In this document: positions 11,001-23,722 of the stretch, in pieces | Layout of the letters: each line of letters starts with the position of its first letter | How positions within the stretch are numbered: position 1 is the first letter of the stretch | Source of the DNA: an uncultured Verrucomicrobiae bacterium | GTDB taxonomy: Bacteria > Verrucomicrobiota > Verrucomicrobiia > Chthoniobacterales > UBA10450 | Assembly (NCBI GenBank): GCA_963801815.1 | Contig: CAWDGJ010000003.1 | Coordinates: 640,001 to 704,000 of the forward strand | Direction of reading: 5' to 3' | Length of the DNA: 64,000 bases | Translations under genes and position numbers: made by a program | The notes under the pieces: generated by a model | Told to the model about the DNA's origin: nothing | The model's database searches: none | Seen by the model: only the letters and a program-made list of their open reading frames with translations

Positions 11001-12524
11001 ATGATCAAAATTCTTCGTAAACATCGCAACTGGCTCATGATCGTCATCGCGGTCCTGGCCTTGCCGTTCTGTCTCTACTTCGTCAAAAGCGACACCAGCC
11101 TGATCCGCTCCGATACCTTCGCCCAGATGTACGGCCACAAGATCACCCTCATTGAGGCCCAGCGGGACGCTCGTCTTTATGAACTCGCGAAGTTTCTCGG
11201 GCTGTCCGATTTCACCAAGAGTCTGACCCCGGGCCAGGGAGACGAGAACCAGAAAGCGGGCTCGTTCATTATCAATCTCGCCGTGCTTCGTCATGAGGCC
11301 GGCCGTCTCGGGATTGAACCGTCCGAATCGGAAGTCGTCGACGCGGTGAAGAAATTTCCAGCCCTTCAAGGCACGTCAGGTTTTGACGCCACTAAGTACG
11401 ATAAGGTGGAGCGCGGAGTTCTGCCCTCGCTCGGATTTACCGACGAACAACTACGCGAGATCGCGCGCGATGAGCTTTGCCTCAAACGAATCAAGGATCT
11501 CGTCGGCTCGGTGGTGACGCTTCCCGAAAGCGAGAGCAAATCCAATTACGACCAACTTTACGGAAAGAATTTTGTCACCGTGGTGCGCGTGAAAGCGACC
11601 GATCTGACAAAAGAGGTAAAGGTCAGCGACGACGACGTTAAAAAATATTACGACTCGCACAGCTCCGAGCTGAAGACCGAACAGAAGCGGAAAGTAGAGT
11701 TTGTCCGGCTCGCGTTGACCGACGAGCAGAAAAAATTGAAAGACAAGGAGCGGATCGACGCGCTCCAGAAGTTGGCCGATCGCGCGAACGATGTCTCACA
11801 AGCGCTGCTGGAGAAGGGAGCCGATTTTCACCAGGTGGCCGCGAAGTTTCAATTGCCGGTTGAAACGACCGGCGAATTCACTGCGTCCGCTCCGGACCCG
11901 AAACTAAAAGGAGACGCTCAGTTGAACCAGGTGGCATTCGCGTTGACCCAGCAGGAACCGAACAGCGATCCGGTTCAGGCAACGGACGGTTTTGTGATCG
12001 TGCATCTTGCCGGAATTGTCGATTCCCGTCCACTCACTCTGGACGAAGCCAAGCCGAAGATTGTCGATGCGATCAAAAACGATCGCGCCCGCGAAATGGC
12101 ACAGGCCGAGGGTCGGAAGGCGGCGGAAACGCTGCGCAATGGATTGAAGGCGGGCCAGCCGCTTCAATTTACTTTGGAACAGGCCGGCGGTCTGAAAGCT
12201 GAGAAAGTCGAGCCGTTCGCAATTGGCGATGACATCGATCAGAAGAATTCCGCCGATCCAAAGAAGAACGAACCGGCCGACATGATCGTGATCAAAAACA
12301 TCGCCGGGGAGCTCTCGCCCGGTGACGTCAGCGAGTTCGCACCGTGGATCGATGGTGGCCTGATTGTGATCATGGACAAACGCGAGCTGCCCGACCCGGC
12401 TAAATATCAACAGGCAAAGGCGGCATTCGCTGACCGTTATCTCAAGACCGCCCGCGAGTATGTTTTCATGGAATGGTTGCGTGATCGTCAGCGGGACGCC
12501 GGCCTGCAATTCGCGCGAGGCTAA
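11001..12524 (+). CDS. SurA N-terminal domain / PpiD-like periplasmic chaperone
   Basis: MIKILRKH plus TM anchor, VSDDDVKKYYD, EQKRKVEFV, PLTLDEAKPKI, as in PpiD-like proteins. Confidence 0.8.
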   Translation: MIKILRKHRNWLMIVIAVLALPFCLYFVKSDTSLIRSDTFAQMYGHKITLIEAQRDARLYELAKFLGLSDFTKSLTPGQGDENQKAGSFIINLAVLRHEAGRLGIEPSESEVVDAVKKFPALQGTSGFDATKYDKVERGVLPSLGFTDEQLREIARDELCLKRIKDLVGSVVTLPESESKSNYDQLYGKNFVTVVRVKATDLTKEVKVSDDDVKKYYDSHSSELKTEQKRKVEFVRLALTDEQKKLKDKERIDALQKLADRANDVSQALLEKGADFHQVAAKFQLPVETTGEFTASAPDPKLKGDAQLNQVAFALTQQEPNSDPVQATDGFVIVHLAGIVDSRPLTLDEAKPKIVDAIKNDRAREMAQAEGRKAAETLRNGLKAGQPLQFTLEQAGGLKAEKVEPFAIGDDIDQKNSADPKKNEPADMIVIKNIAGELSPGDVSEFAPWIDGGLIVIMDKRELPDPAKYQQAKAAFADRYLKTAREYVFMEWLRDRQRDAGLQFARG

Positions 12525-12720
12525 ACCGTGGCGTCGCTTTGGCCGCTACGGAAGATCCAAATCCCAAAACCCAAATCCCAGGGAAACGCCAAATTTCTAA
12601 ACCTCAAAATGCCAGGCGCATAAGTTTTCTGGATTTTTCTGCGTTGGAATTTTGGATTTGTTTGAGATTTGGTAATTGGGAATTACCTGGGGGGATTTGC
12701 GATTTGTGATTTGTAAAGAC

Positions 12721-13050
12721 ATGGCTACTCGCGACGAAATTTTCGATGACGCGAACGGTGACCTCGCCGTCGGTGAGCTGGAAAGCGCTGTCGCAAAGTA
12801 CCGCCATTGCGTTGATCTCGATCCGAGCTTTTTCGACGGCTGGCATGCGCTGGGAATGGCGCTGATGAAAGTCGGTCGTTTCGACGACGCGATCGAAGCC
12901 GGCAAGAAAGCGGTCGAGCTCAAACCGAACGACCAGATCGGTTGGACGAGTCTCTCACTTTTCTACAATCGCGCCGGCAACATCAAAGAAGCCGAAGCCG
13001 CCGGGACCAAAGCGAAAATAATTTCCTGGGGAGGGAAGATCGCGCGGTAG
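12721..13050 (+). CDS. Tetratricopeptide repeat protein
   Basis: WHALGMALMKVGRFDDAIEAGKKAVELKPND TPR consensus. Confidence 0.85.
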   Translation: MATRDEIFDDANGDLAVGELESAVAKYRHCVDLDPSFFDGWHALGMALMKVGRFDDAIEAGKKAVELKPNDQIGWTSLSLFYNRAGNIKEAEAAGTKAKIISWGGKIAR

Positions 13051-13244
13051 CGCGATAAATCTCAATTCACAGGCACCAAATCCCAAATAAATCCAAAATT
13101 CCAAAAGCCAAAAACCCAAAGGCTCGCGCGGCGCGTTTTTGAGATTTAGAAGTTTGGTACTTGCTTGGGATTTGGTATTTGGGGTTTGGGGTTTGTTTGG
13201 CTCGGCGTCTTTCACCACCAAGACCAAGAATAAATACGGAGATA

Positions 13245-13373
13245 TTGTAGAGGCGCTTACGCTCCCGCTAGTGCATCCAGAAAGAACCCTACTTGTGGTT
13301 TGCCGCAGAGCGGCATGATTGTGCCAGGCGCCTGTCTATCAAATTCGGTGCTTGTCACAAGCACCGCTACAAC
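13245..13373 (+). repeat. Composite repeat copy 1 (GTAG-REP doublet carrying 62-bp element A at 13259-13320)
   Basis: Near-identical to 13914-14044; GTAG-AGGCGCTT...AGGCGCCT plus CGGTGCTTGT-c-ACAAGCACCG-CTAC. Confidence 0.9.
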
Positions 13374-13386
13374 TTAACAACCATTT

Positions 13387-13827
13387 ATGAAAAAATCCCT
13401 GAGTTACGTAGTTGCACTTTTGTTCGTAGGAATCGCTGTTTCGTTCGCCAAGGGACCGGACACCGATGCTCTCAAGGCGAAGGAGACCGCAGCCTGGCAG
13501 TCGTTTAAGGACAAGAAGGCCGACGATTTCAAAAAAGTCGTCGCCGCTGACTTTCACGGAGTTTATGCCGAAGGCGTCTTCGACATGGCCAAAGAATTGG
13601 ACGCCATGAAAAATTGGGACATGAAATCATTCACCATCAGCGATTACAAAGCCGTTTCTGCGGGAGCGGACACGATGGTTAGCACCTACACGGTGACGCT
13701 GGAAGGTGCCTATGATGGCAAAGATGCATCCGGCACCTACAATTGTGGCTCGGTTTGGAAAATGGAGAAGGGCGGCTGGATGGCGATTTTCCACACCAAC
13801 ATCAAACAAGAGACCGCGGCGAAATAG
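13387..13827 (+). CDS. Secreted NTF2-like (DUF4440) protein
   Basis: Signal peptide, AAWQSFKDKKAD, C-terminal SVWKMEKGGWMAIFH. Confidence 0.75.
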   Translation: MKKSLSYVVALLFVGIAVSFAKGPDTDALKAKETAAWQSFKDKKADDFKKVVAADFHGVYAEGVFDMAKELDAMKNWDMKSFTISDYKAVSAGADTMVSTYTVTLEGAYDGKDASGTYNCGSVWKMEKGGWMAIFHTNIKQETAAK

Positions 13828-13913
13828 TTTTAACCGCGGATTTCACGAAGATGTTGCAGCCACGGCGCTGTGCGCCGTTGGAGGGGTGACTTTTCACCAC
13901 CAAGGCCACGAAG

Positions 13914-14044
13914 TTGTAGAGGCGCTTACGCTCCCGCTAGTGCATCCAGAGAGAACCCTACTTGTGGTTTGCCGCAGAGCGGCATGATTGTGCCAAGCGC
14001 CTGTTTAGATTAGCTCGGTGCTTGAGAACAAGCACCGCTACAAC
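13914..14044 (+). repeat. Composite repeat copy 2 (element A at 13928-13989)
   Basis: Direct repeat of 13245-13373. Confidence 0.9.
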
Positions 14045-14114
14045 GCGCCGCAGTTTTGGCCGCGTCGGATTAATTTCTACTTTTTACTTCCTAATTTTGC
14101 CTTAGCGTAGCGAA

Positions 14115-14215
14115 AGATAGCGGGGGAGCCGGATGGCTGAGAGGTGCCGTCCCGCCATGGCGGGATGGACGACCCCTTGAACCTGATGCGGGTAATGCCG
14201 ACGCAGGGAGGTCAG
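14115..14215 (+). promoter_or_regulatory. TPP riboswitch (THI box)
   Basis: GGGG...GGCTGAGAG...GACCCCTTGAACCTGATGCGGGTAATGCCGACGCAGGGAG consensus, upstream of thiC. Confidence 0.95.
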
Positions 14216-14239
14216 CCGTGCTCATCTGCATGACCAGCG

Positions 14240-16791
<2,552 letters not shown>

Positions 16792-16992
16792 ATGAAAGCG
16801 AATCCAGAACCTGAGATCGTTACAAAGAACGGAAAGCCTGTGTCGGTGATTTTGCCGATTAAAAAATATCAGGAGTTGATCGAGCGTTTGGAAGACTCCG
16901 GGGATGTTGCTTGGTTGAAAAAGGCGCGGAAGAAACCGCTCCATTATCGGCCGCTAGAGGAATATCTCGCCGACCGTAAAGCGCGTGTTTGA
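16792..16992 (+). CDS. Phd/YefM-family antitoxin
   Basis: IVTKNGKPVSVILPIKKYQEL motif; overlaps the toxin gene. Confidence 0.8.
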   Translation: MKANPEPEIVTKNGKPVSVILPIKKYQELIERLEDSGDVAWLKKARKKPLHYRPLEEYLADRKARV

Positions 16993-17239
16993 CGTTCTTC
17001 TTGAACGCGGCGTCGAAAGAGATCTGCGTCGGCTACCTCAAGCGATTCATGACCGAATTATTCGCGCGCTCAATGGCCTTTCGACAAATCCTCGACCGCC
17101 AGGTTGCCGGAAACTTAGCGGGAGCAAAAACGATTGGCGAATACGCGTCGGTGATTATCGTGTGATTTACGAAATCGCCGATGCTAATCAGATTATTCGA
17201 GTGAATCGCGTACGGCATCGGAGAGAGGTTTATCGGTAA
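16985..17239 (+). CDS. RelE/ParE-family type II toxin
   Basis: NPRPPGCRKLSG...WRIRVGDYRVIYEI...HRREVYR. Confidence 0.9.
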   Translation: MFDVLLERGVERDLRRLPQAIHDRIIRALNGLSTNPRPPGCRKLSGSKNDWRIRVGDYRVIYEIADANQIIRVNRVRHRREVYR

Positions 17240-17281
17240 CAAAATGAATTTGGCCTCTTTGCTGGTCACTGGTCACATGTC

Positions 17282-17371
17282 TGGTTTCCCGAACCGACTC
17301 GTCGGCTTCCCTAGGCTGATGCGCGAAAAAGCTTACAGCCTCCCGCCGCAGAGTTCGCGCCCGCGAACCGC
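17282..17371 (-). repeat. Dispersed repeat family B copy, inserted in a GTCAC heptamer tract
   Basis: Matches 35546-35647 and 40085-40239 (GCGGTTCG...GCGAACT...CTAGGGAAGCCG...GGGAAACC). Flanks rejoin as gtcacatgtc/actcgtcac. Confidence 0.75.
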
Positions 17372-17389
17372 ACTCGTCACTTCTTAGAT

Positions 17390-17932
17390 ATGAATATTGA
17401 GACGCTCCATATCGGTATGAAGGTGCGCCATCCGCAATACGGCGTCGGAGTGGTGAGATCATTGACCGAGCAAACGGCTGAGATCGCGTTTGATGATGCT
17501 CCGCGGACAATCGCGCCGGCCTCCAGCGATCTACAACCTGCTGAATCGACCGCCACCCTGAGCGAGCTGCAGATGCCGCTTTCGAATCTGATCCGTGACA
17601 CAACGCAGGCCGTCGTTGAAGCGCTCGGGCTCGAACAAAAAGACGTGGTCGTGGAAGGTCTCGCGAATCGATGGCAGCACGGTACGCTGGTCATGCAATC
17701 GGCTGACAGCTCGCTTCAGCCAAAAGAAGTGCCGCTCGAGACGTTCTTTCATAAGATCGTCATGATCCGGAACAATCTGCGAGTTCTCGAGCAGAAGGTG
17801 AACGCAAGCGACAAACTAAGCGATGCCGACAAGTTCGATCTGCAACAGTACATTACTCGTTGTTACGGCTCGCTCACCACATTCAACATTCTGTTCAAGA
17901 ACAAAGACGACCAGTTCCGAAGCGGCGCCTGA
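17390..17932 (+). CDS. Conserved hypothetical protein (SH3-like N-terminus)
   Basis: 180-aa ORF with protein-like composition; GMKVRHPQYGVGVV; FFHKIVMIRNNLRVLEQ; YITRCYGSLTTFN. Confidence 0.75.
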   Translation: MNIETLHIGMKVRHPQYGVGVVRSLTEQTAEIAFDDAPRTIAPASSDLQPAESTATLSELQMPLSNLIRDTTQAVVEALGLEQKDVVVEGLANRWQHGTLVMQSADSSLQPKEVPLETFFHKIVMIRNNLRVLEQKVNASDKLSDADKFDLQQYITRCYGSLTTFNILFKNKDDQFRSGA

Positions 17933-18051
17933 ATACCAACCAGCTTGTCACTCGTCACTTCGCCTCAACAGAAGGCCAAAGAATTCAACGAAGGCGGCGC
18001 CGAGATTTATTCAAAGGCCTGAACGCACTTCCTCGCGAAACTCGGTCGTCG

Positions 18052-18486
18052 TTAGCTGCGTTTGGACGTGATCCGCGCGCTGCCTAAAAATGTCGCGTTC
18101 TCGTCTACTGCCAGACGCGGTGCGGCGATGTCGCCGCGCAATGTCGCACTGGCCGCGAGAGTACACTTCTCCGAAGCGGTAACGTTTCCGTGGACTTCGC
18201 CGTTTACGATGACGGATCCGACGTTGATGTCACCGGTAATGCGCGCATGTTCTCCTACGGTAAGCACCCCGGTCGAATTCACATTGCCTTTGATCTCACC
18301 ATCAATTACGAGCTCGGTGCTGAATTTCACGTTGCCGACGATCGACACCCCGCTGGAGAGCATTCCTCCTGCGCGGGCGTGAGTTGGCCAGTCGCCCGGG
18401 CGTTCCATTCGGCCGGCTGGTGACGGAGTTGAAGTCGTGGCCGGAGAGGGCTGGTCGTTTCTTGAGCTGGATCCAAACATTGCCAT
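18052..18486 (-). CDS. Bactofilin (polymer-forming cytoskeletal protein)
   Basis: IDGEIKGNV...LTVGEHARITGDI...VNGEVHGNV...GDIAAPRLAVDENATFLG beta-helix. Confidence 0.9.
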   Translation of the reverse strand: MAMFGSSSRNDQPSPATTSTPSPAGRMERPGDWPTHARAGGMLSSGVSIVGNVKFSTELVIDGEIKGNVNSTGVLTVGEHARITGDINVGSVIVNGEVHGNVTASEKCTLAASATLRGDIAAPRLAVDENATFLGSARITSKRS

Positions 18487-18646
18487 AGCGGTAAGTAATT
18501 AAATAGAACTTATCTGATTACTCGAAAGGCGCCGCTTCGCCAGCGGAACCTTAAAAATCTAAGTGCCGGGTCGAGCGATTAAATTCGCAAACAGACGAAC
18601 TTCGTCAAAATTACGCGAGCTTGCAAAACCTGCGCAACTCTGCATT

Positions 18647-21600
18647 TCACTTTGCTGCGCCGGCGACTTTGTTCGCTTCCACGATGTCGGCTTCTAACTT
18701 TTGCTCGCCTTGTTTCGTTTGCTGATCGAGTTCACTGAAGACGGACTCTTGGGCCGCAGTTGGTCGATCGTAGGACAGGTCGATGTCTGCGGCGAGGTAG
18801 GCAAGATGATCGCGCAGCTTGGTTTCGTGAAGGAGACTGCCTTCGCTCGCTCTCATCTCCATTTGCGCAACGCTATCGATGTCGCGGGTGAGTGCGGCTA
18901 GAAGCGTAGCGGCTTGGGTGTCGGTCGCGCCGTGGGCGGACGCGGCCTTCTGAAGCTTGTCACGCAAGGCCAGCGCCTGGTTGATGTTTTTATTCAGCGC
19001 GTCGAGATCGGCATGAATCTTCAGGTCTACCTCCAGGCGGGCTTCCAAATCCGGTTGTGTAGCATGAAGCCGCGGGTCGAGAGCGACGGTCAAGGTTTGT
19101 TGCGTTTTCTTCCCGGCATAATCGAGCACGACCGAATAAGTCCCTGGCACGACCACGGGTCCCTCAACCGAATCCTCCAGACCGCCGGCTGCGATAGGGG
19201 CGTGGTAGCCGGTGACTTCGGTAGCGTACGGATAGCGCAGGTCCCATTGGAGCCGATTCATCCCCGGCTCGGCCGCCGCCAGCTTCGCTTCCTTTTCTCG
19301 AATCTTCTGGTCGGTGCTCTTTTCGATCTTCTCTTCTTCGGTGGCGGCGTTTTCAAGATGCTCGCCGGTCTGCCCGACATCCGCAAACGCTGCGGTCTCC
19401 GCCTTGGCCTTTTCCTCTTTCTCTTTCGCGGTGGCAAGGTGCAGCGGAATGCTGCGAATCACCTTTCCTCCTGAATCGGTGAATTCGAGAATCGCCGGGG
19501 TCTTGCCATCGTAATTCTCGGGCAGGTGAAAAAAGACGGTCGCGCCGAATGGCGGATTGTAGCCGGCGTCTGGAGGACGTCTTCGGTCAGGATCGGGAAG
19601 TCCGTAATCATGAGTCAGCCATGCCTGCTGAGGAGCGAACAGAAAACTGGCGTTTGATTGCACCGCCGGGTTCCTGGTCAACTGCTCGAGAAAAGTCAGA
19701 TTGTCGAGCACCCAAAATGAACGCCCGTGAGTGGCCGCAACGATCTGGCCCTGGCGTGTATTGATTGCAACGTCGCGCACCTGGGATACCGGCAGATTGA
19801 GTGTGAGCGGCTGCCAGTGCGCGCCCGCGTCCAGGCTGCAATACACTGTGCTGCGAGTGCCGACGAACAGCAGCTTGGGTTCATTTGGATCCTGCCGAAT
19901 ATCGAAAACAAATTCGTCTTCTGGCAGCCCGGCTGTAATCGCGGTCCAATGCTTTCCCAAATCAGTCGTCTTGAAGAGGTACGGTTTGAAATCGTCCAAC
20001 ATGTATCGCCGGGCCGTTAGATAGGCCGTTTGTTTGTCGGTGTGATCGGCCTCGATGCAACTGATCCAGGAGTTCTCGGGTAAGCCGGGTGGACTGATCT
20101 TCTGCCAATTCTTACCGCCGTCCGTGGTCACGTGCGCGAGTCCATCATCGGACCCGGCCCAAATGAGATTGCCATCGAGCGGCGAAACCGCCAGCGCGGA
20201 AACCAACGGATAAATTTCGGCTCCCGATTGGTCGAGATCGACCGGGCCGCCGCTTGGTGCTTCGGTGCTCGGCTGATTGCGAGTGAGATCGGGGGAGATT
20301 TGTTTCCAGGTCGCGCCGTAATCGTCACTCTTAAATATATATTGAGCAGCAATGAACAGTTCCTTGGGGTTCGCCGGCGAAAACAGAATCGGATGGGTCC
20401 ACCCAAACCGGTTCTTGAGCTCACCTGACGATGCGCCCTCCTGATAATATGGCCACGGGCTCACGCTCCGGTATTGGTCGGTGCGCTGATCGTGCCTGAC
20501 GAAGATACTGTAGTAACCGCTGCCGTACGTAATCTTGGGATCTCCCGGCTGCGGCACGGTGTAAGTGCTCTCGCCATAGGCCACGCTGTGCCATGCGGCC
20601 AGTGGAATCAACCCGCCGGCATGCGCGCTCGGCCCTTCAAAAGAACCCTCGTCCTGCTGAGCGCCGTAAATGTGATACGGAAACTGGTCGTCAAGATTAA
20701 CGTGGTAAAACTGAGCGGTCGGCTGATTGTGCTCGGTACTCCACGTCTTGCCGGCATCAGTTGAGACCGTCGCCCCGCCGTCGTTGCCCTCGAGCAAAAT
20801 GCGGGGGTCCTCCGGATTTATCCAGACCACGTGATTATCGCCGTGCGGCGTTTTCAGTTTGGTAAAGGTCTTGGCGCCGTCATGCGAAACCCACAGCGCA
20901 TCCACTTCCGGCGCATAGACCGTTTCAGGATCTTTTGGGTCTGCATAAATCGTCATGTAATAAAACGCGCGTTGCCGCAGTTTCATTTCATCGTTCACGC
21001 GTTTCCAGGTGGCCCCTGCGTCATCGGATCGAAACACGCCGCCCTCTTTTGCTTGAATGATGCTGTAAACTGTGTCCGGCTTGCTGGCGGCGATCGACAA
21101 ACCGACCCGTCCCAAAATTGGCTCCTTCGGCAGACCGGGATTGCGCGTGATATTTGTCCAATGTGCACCGCCGTCAGTGGTCTTGTACATCCCGCTGCCC
21201 GGACCTCCGCTTGTTAGGCCCCACGGTTTGCGAACAGCTTGCCACATTGCGGCGTACATCAGGTCCGGATGATTCGGGTCCATCACCAGGCAGATTGCCC
21301 CGGTGTCGTTATCGACGAACAAAGTTTTCCTCCAGGACCTTCCGCCGTCGATCGACTTGAAAATGCCGCGGTTCGCATCGGGAGCGAACACATGCCCCAT
21401 CGAAGCAACGTAAACAATGTTCGCGTCTTTCGGATCGACCAAAATTGCGCTGATCGAATGCGTATCGCGGAGGCCTACGAACTGCCACGTTTTACCGGCA
21501 TCGGTCGATTTGTAAACGCCGTCACCGGGGATTACGTCGCTACGAATATCGGCTTCGCCGGTACCGACATAAAGAATCTTGGGATCGGAGGGCGCCACCG

Positions 21601-21920
21601 CCACCGCGCCGATACTCGAACTCGGACCCGGTATCTTGCCATCAGTGATGTTCTTCCCACTGGACGCCTTCGTCGGTGCTTTTCCAAACGCCGCCGCCGA
21701 CCGCTCCGGCGTAAAAGAGGTTGTTGTTTCCGGGGACGCCGGTCACGGTGACCACGCGCCCGCCGATGTACGGGCCGACCGATCGCCACTTGAGCTTGCT
21801 CATCAGCGTTTGCGGAGCAAGAGACGCTGAGCCTTGAGATCTCGCGAGCGTGGGAAGCAATGCAATTAGAGCGAAAGCAAAAAGCGCACGAAGATTAACG
21901 AAACCAAAGAGACGTTTCAT
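18647..21920 (-). CDS. Secreted BNR/Asp-box (VPS10-like) beta-propeller glycosyl hydrolase-type protein, frameshift near 21650
   Basis: Signal peptide, KWRSVGPYIGGRV, repeated S-x-D-x-G-x-T-W Asp-boxes; N-terminus in ORF 21642..21956. Confidence 0.85.
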
Positions 21921-22009
21921 GATTCGATTCCTCTGGCCAATTTCTGCGCGTGTCAATATATATACCGCCCTGGACGCTCGAACCTGCGCGCGTCGCGAAC
22001 CGACAAGTC

Positions 22010-22552
22010 ATGATCAAATTTCTCTTCGGGATTGTTATTGGGATCGGGCTGCTTCTTCTGGCTGGTTATTTTTTCGTTGCTCGCGGTGGACTTTTCATGG
22101 GAACGACCGGCGGGCCGTTGCCGATGGAACGATTCATCGTCAGTAAGGCGATTGACGCTTCGATTGGCAAAAGCGCGCAGGACGAATCGCCGCTTCCCGC
22201 GGACGAGACCAATCTTCTCGCCGGCGCCAAGGTTTATCAGCAGAACTGCGCCGGGTGCCACGGCAAACTGGATCAACCCGCTTCGCCAATGGCGAAAAAG
22301 TGGTACCCGCACGTGCCGCAGTTACTTCCGCCGAGCAAAGGCGTGACCGACGATCCGGTGGGAGCGACGCACTGGGTGGTAAAGAACGGGATCCGGTTCA
22401 GCGCCATGCCGTCGTTTGACGGGTCGCTGACCGATAACGAGCTGTGGCAAGTGAGCCAGTTCCTGCGCAACGCCGACAAATTACCTCCGTCCGTGCAGGA
22501 CAGCTCTCCGTCAGTCGCCCGCGCAGTGAATCTTTGCGACCTCCGGTTTTAG
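22010..22552 (+). CDS. Membrane-anchored c-type cytochrome
   Basis: CAGCH heme motif, NGIRFSAMPSF, N-terminal TM. Confidence 0.88.
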   Translation: MIKFLFGIVIGIGLLLLAGYFFVARGGLFMGTTGGPLPMERFIVSKAIDASIGKSAQDESPLPADETNLLAGAKVYQQNCAGCHGKLDQPASPMAKKWYPHVPQLLPPSKGVTDDPVGATHWVVKNGIRFSAMPSFDGSLTDNELWQVSQFLRNADKLPPSVQDSSPSVARAVNLCDLRF

Positions 22553-22642
22553 TGCTAGTCCGCCCCGCATCTTTCGGGTCGCTTTTCGGCGGACGTCCCT
22601 GATAACCTGTCGATCGGTTCCAATCTCGAAGGAGGAAATATC

Positions 22643-22906
22643 ATGCTTCATCTGATTTGGTACATCATCGTTGGTTTGATCGCCGGGTTCGTTGCGAAAT
22701 CGGTCATGCACATGCATATGAGTCTTATGTGGACGATCATTCTCGGGATCGTCGGCTCAGTTGTCGGCGGACTGGTGACGCACATCTTTTCGCGTCCCAA
22801 AGAAGGCGCGCAATTTCATCCGGCCGGGATCATTGTTTCGATCCTCGGCGCGATTCTGGTGCTGTGGCTCTGGCACAAATACAAGCTCCACATTCCCGCC
22901 GGATAA
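22643..22906 (+). CDS. GlsB/YeaQ/YmgE (transglycosylase-associated) membrane protein
   Basis: WYIIVGLIAGFVA...TIILGIVGSVVGG; SD ggagg. Confidence 0.88.
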   Translation: MLHLIWYIIVGLIAGFVAKSVMHMHMSLMWTIILGIVGSVVGGLVTHIFSRPKEGAQFHPAGIIVSILGAILVLWLWHKYKLHIPAG

Positions 22907-22920
22907 TCTCTGCTCGATGA

Positions 22921-22990
22921 ATGGAGCCAATGGGAATTGAGCGACATAGATGGGCGAGCCGAGAGGCCGAAGTGAGCGGGCGCGAACGAG
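22921..22990 (+). repeat. Dispersed repeat family D (second copy 35024-35100)
   Basis: ATGGAGC...TGAGCGACATAGA...GTGAGCG...GCGAACGAG shared by both copies. Confidence 0.6.
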
Positions 22991-23115
22991 TCAACACGGC
23001 TTTGAGCGGGAGCGGCCGGGTAGATGACATAAAAAGTCATCAACACGATTCCTTTCGGAGTGATTGGGACATTAAAAGTCACCTGAAGGGCGAGATTCGC
23101 GGGGAGACGAAGCTC

Positions 23116-23250
23116 GTCAAAATCACGGAGGACGTTCGGAAATTCGCCGCGGAGCAGAAAATTACCGAACAGGAAGCACTTGAAGTCGGCTTAGAGCAAA
23201 AAGCGAAAGAATTCAAAGAAGCGGGTGCTGAAGTTTATTCCAACCTATGA
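23116..23250 (+). pseudogene. thiC: Orphan 3' end of a second thiC allele
   Basis: [12 protein letters not shown]...EALEVGLEQKAKEFKEAGAEVYSNL aligns with the thiC tail [11 protein letters not shown]...[25 protein letters not shown]. Confidence 0.8.
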
Positions 23251-23397
23251 ACCAGCATAGCCCTACTCCGATGAGTAGCGATTTTGAGTGGGACCTACAG
23301 CGCCCGGAGCGCACAATAGAGTTATTCGAGCAGTACCAACATTCAGCAGGCGAAGAGGTTTATCAGAGACACTCCGCGCCCAATCGAGCAGGTAGAC

Positions 23398-23643
23398 ATG
23401 AGTAAGTATCGGCAGTTCTTCACAGATTACCTAGAGGGAGTCAGATTCCGTGATAACACCGATTGGACCAAGGTCGACATATCGGTCCCGATAATTTTTG
23501 GCCGTGATCAGCAGGAGAAAAAGTTTCCCATAGATGGTCGTCACCGATTGAAAAAAGCGCTCGACCAGGCGCTCCCGACGATTCCGATTGTTTGCCTGAC
23601 CAAGGAAGAAACGGAGAGCATCCGTTCAGGCGCCGCGATCTAA
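23398..23643 (+). CDS. Small ParB/Srx-like domain protein (may start near 23271 with a frameshift)
   Basis: PII...PIDGRHRLKKA motif. Confidence 0.5.
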   Translation: MSKYRQFFTDYLEGVRFRDNTDWTKVDISVPIIFGRDQQEKKFPIDGRHRLKKALDQALPTIPIVCLTKEETESIRSGAAI

Positions 23644-23722
23644 CAAATGCTGGCTCCGATGACGGAAGTTTCCGCGAGAGCGCGCCCTATAATTCAATGC
23701 CCCGGAGGCTTGATAGAATCGG

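Noticed and set aside
22922..22941. tRNA-Ala 3'-end-like att fragment on the minus strand (CTCAATTCCCATTGGCTCCA)
   Set aside because: Only about 20 nt, imperfect T-loop, and part of repeat family D, whose other copy lacks the tRNA-like pattern.
23116..23250. DGR template/variable repeat pair with the thiC tail (likewise the DUF1697 pair)
   Set aside because: Differences are not confined to adenines and there is no reverse transcriptase in the window.
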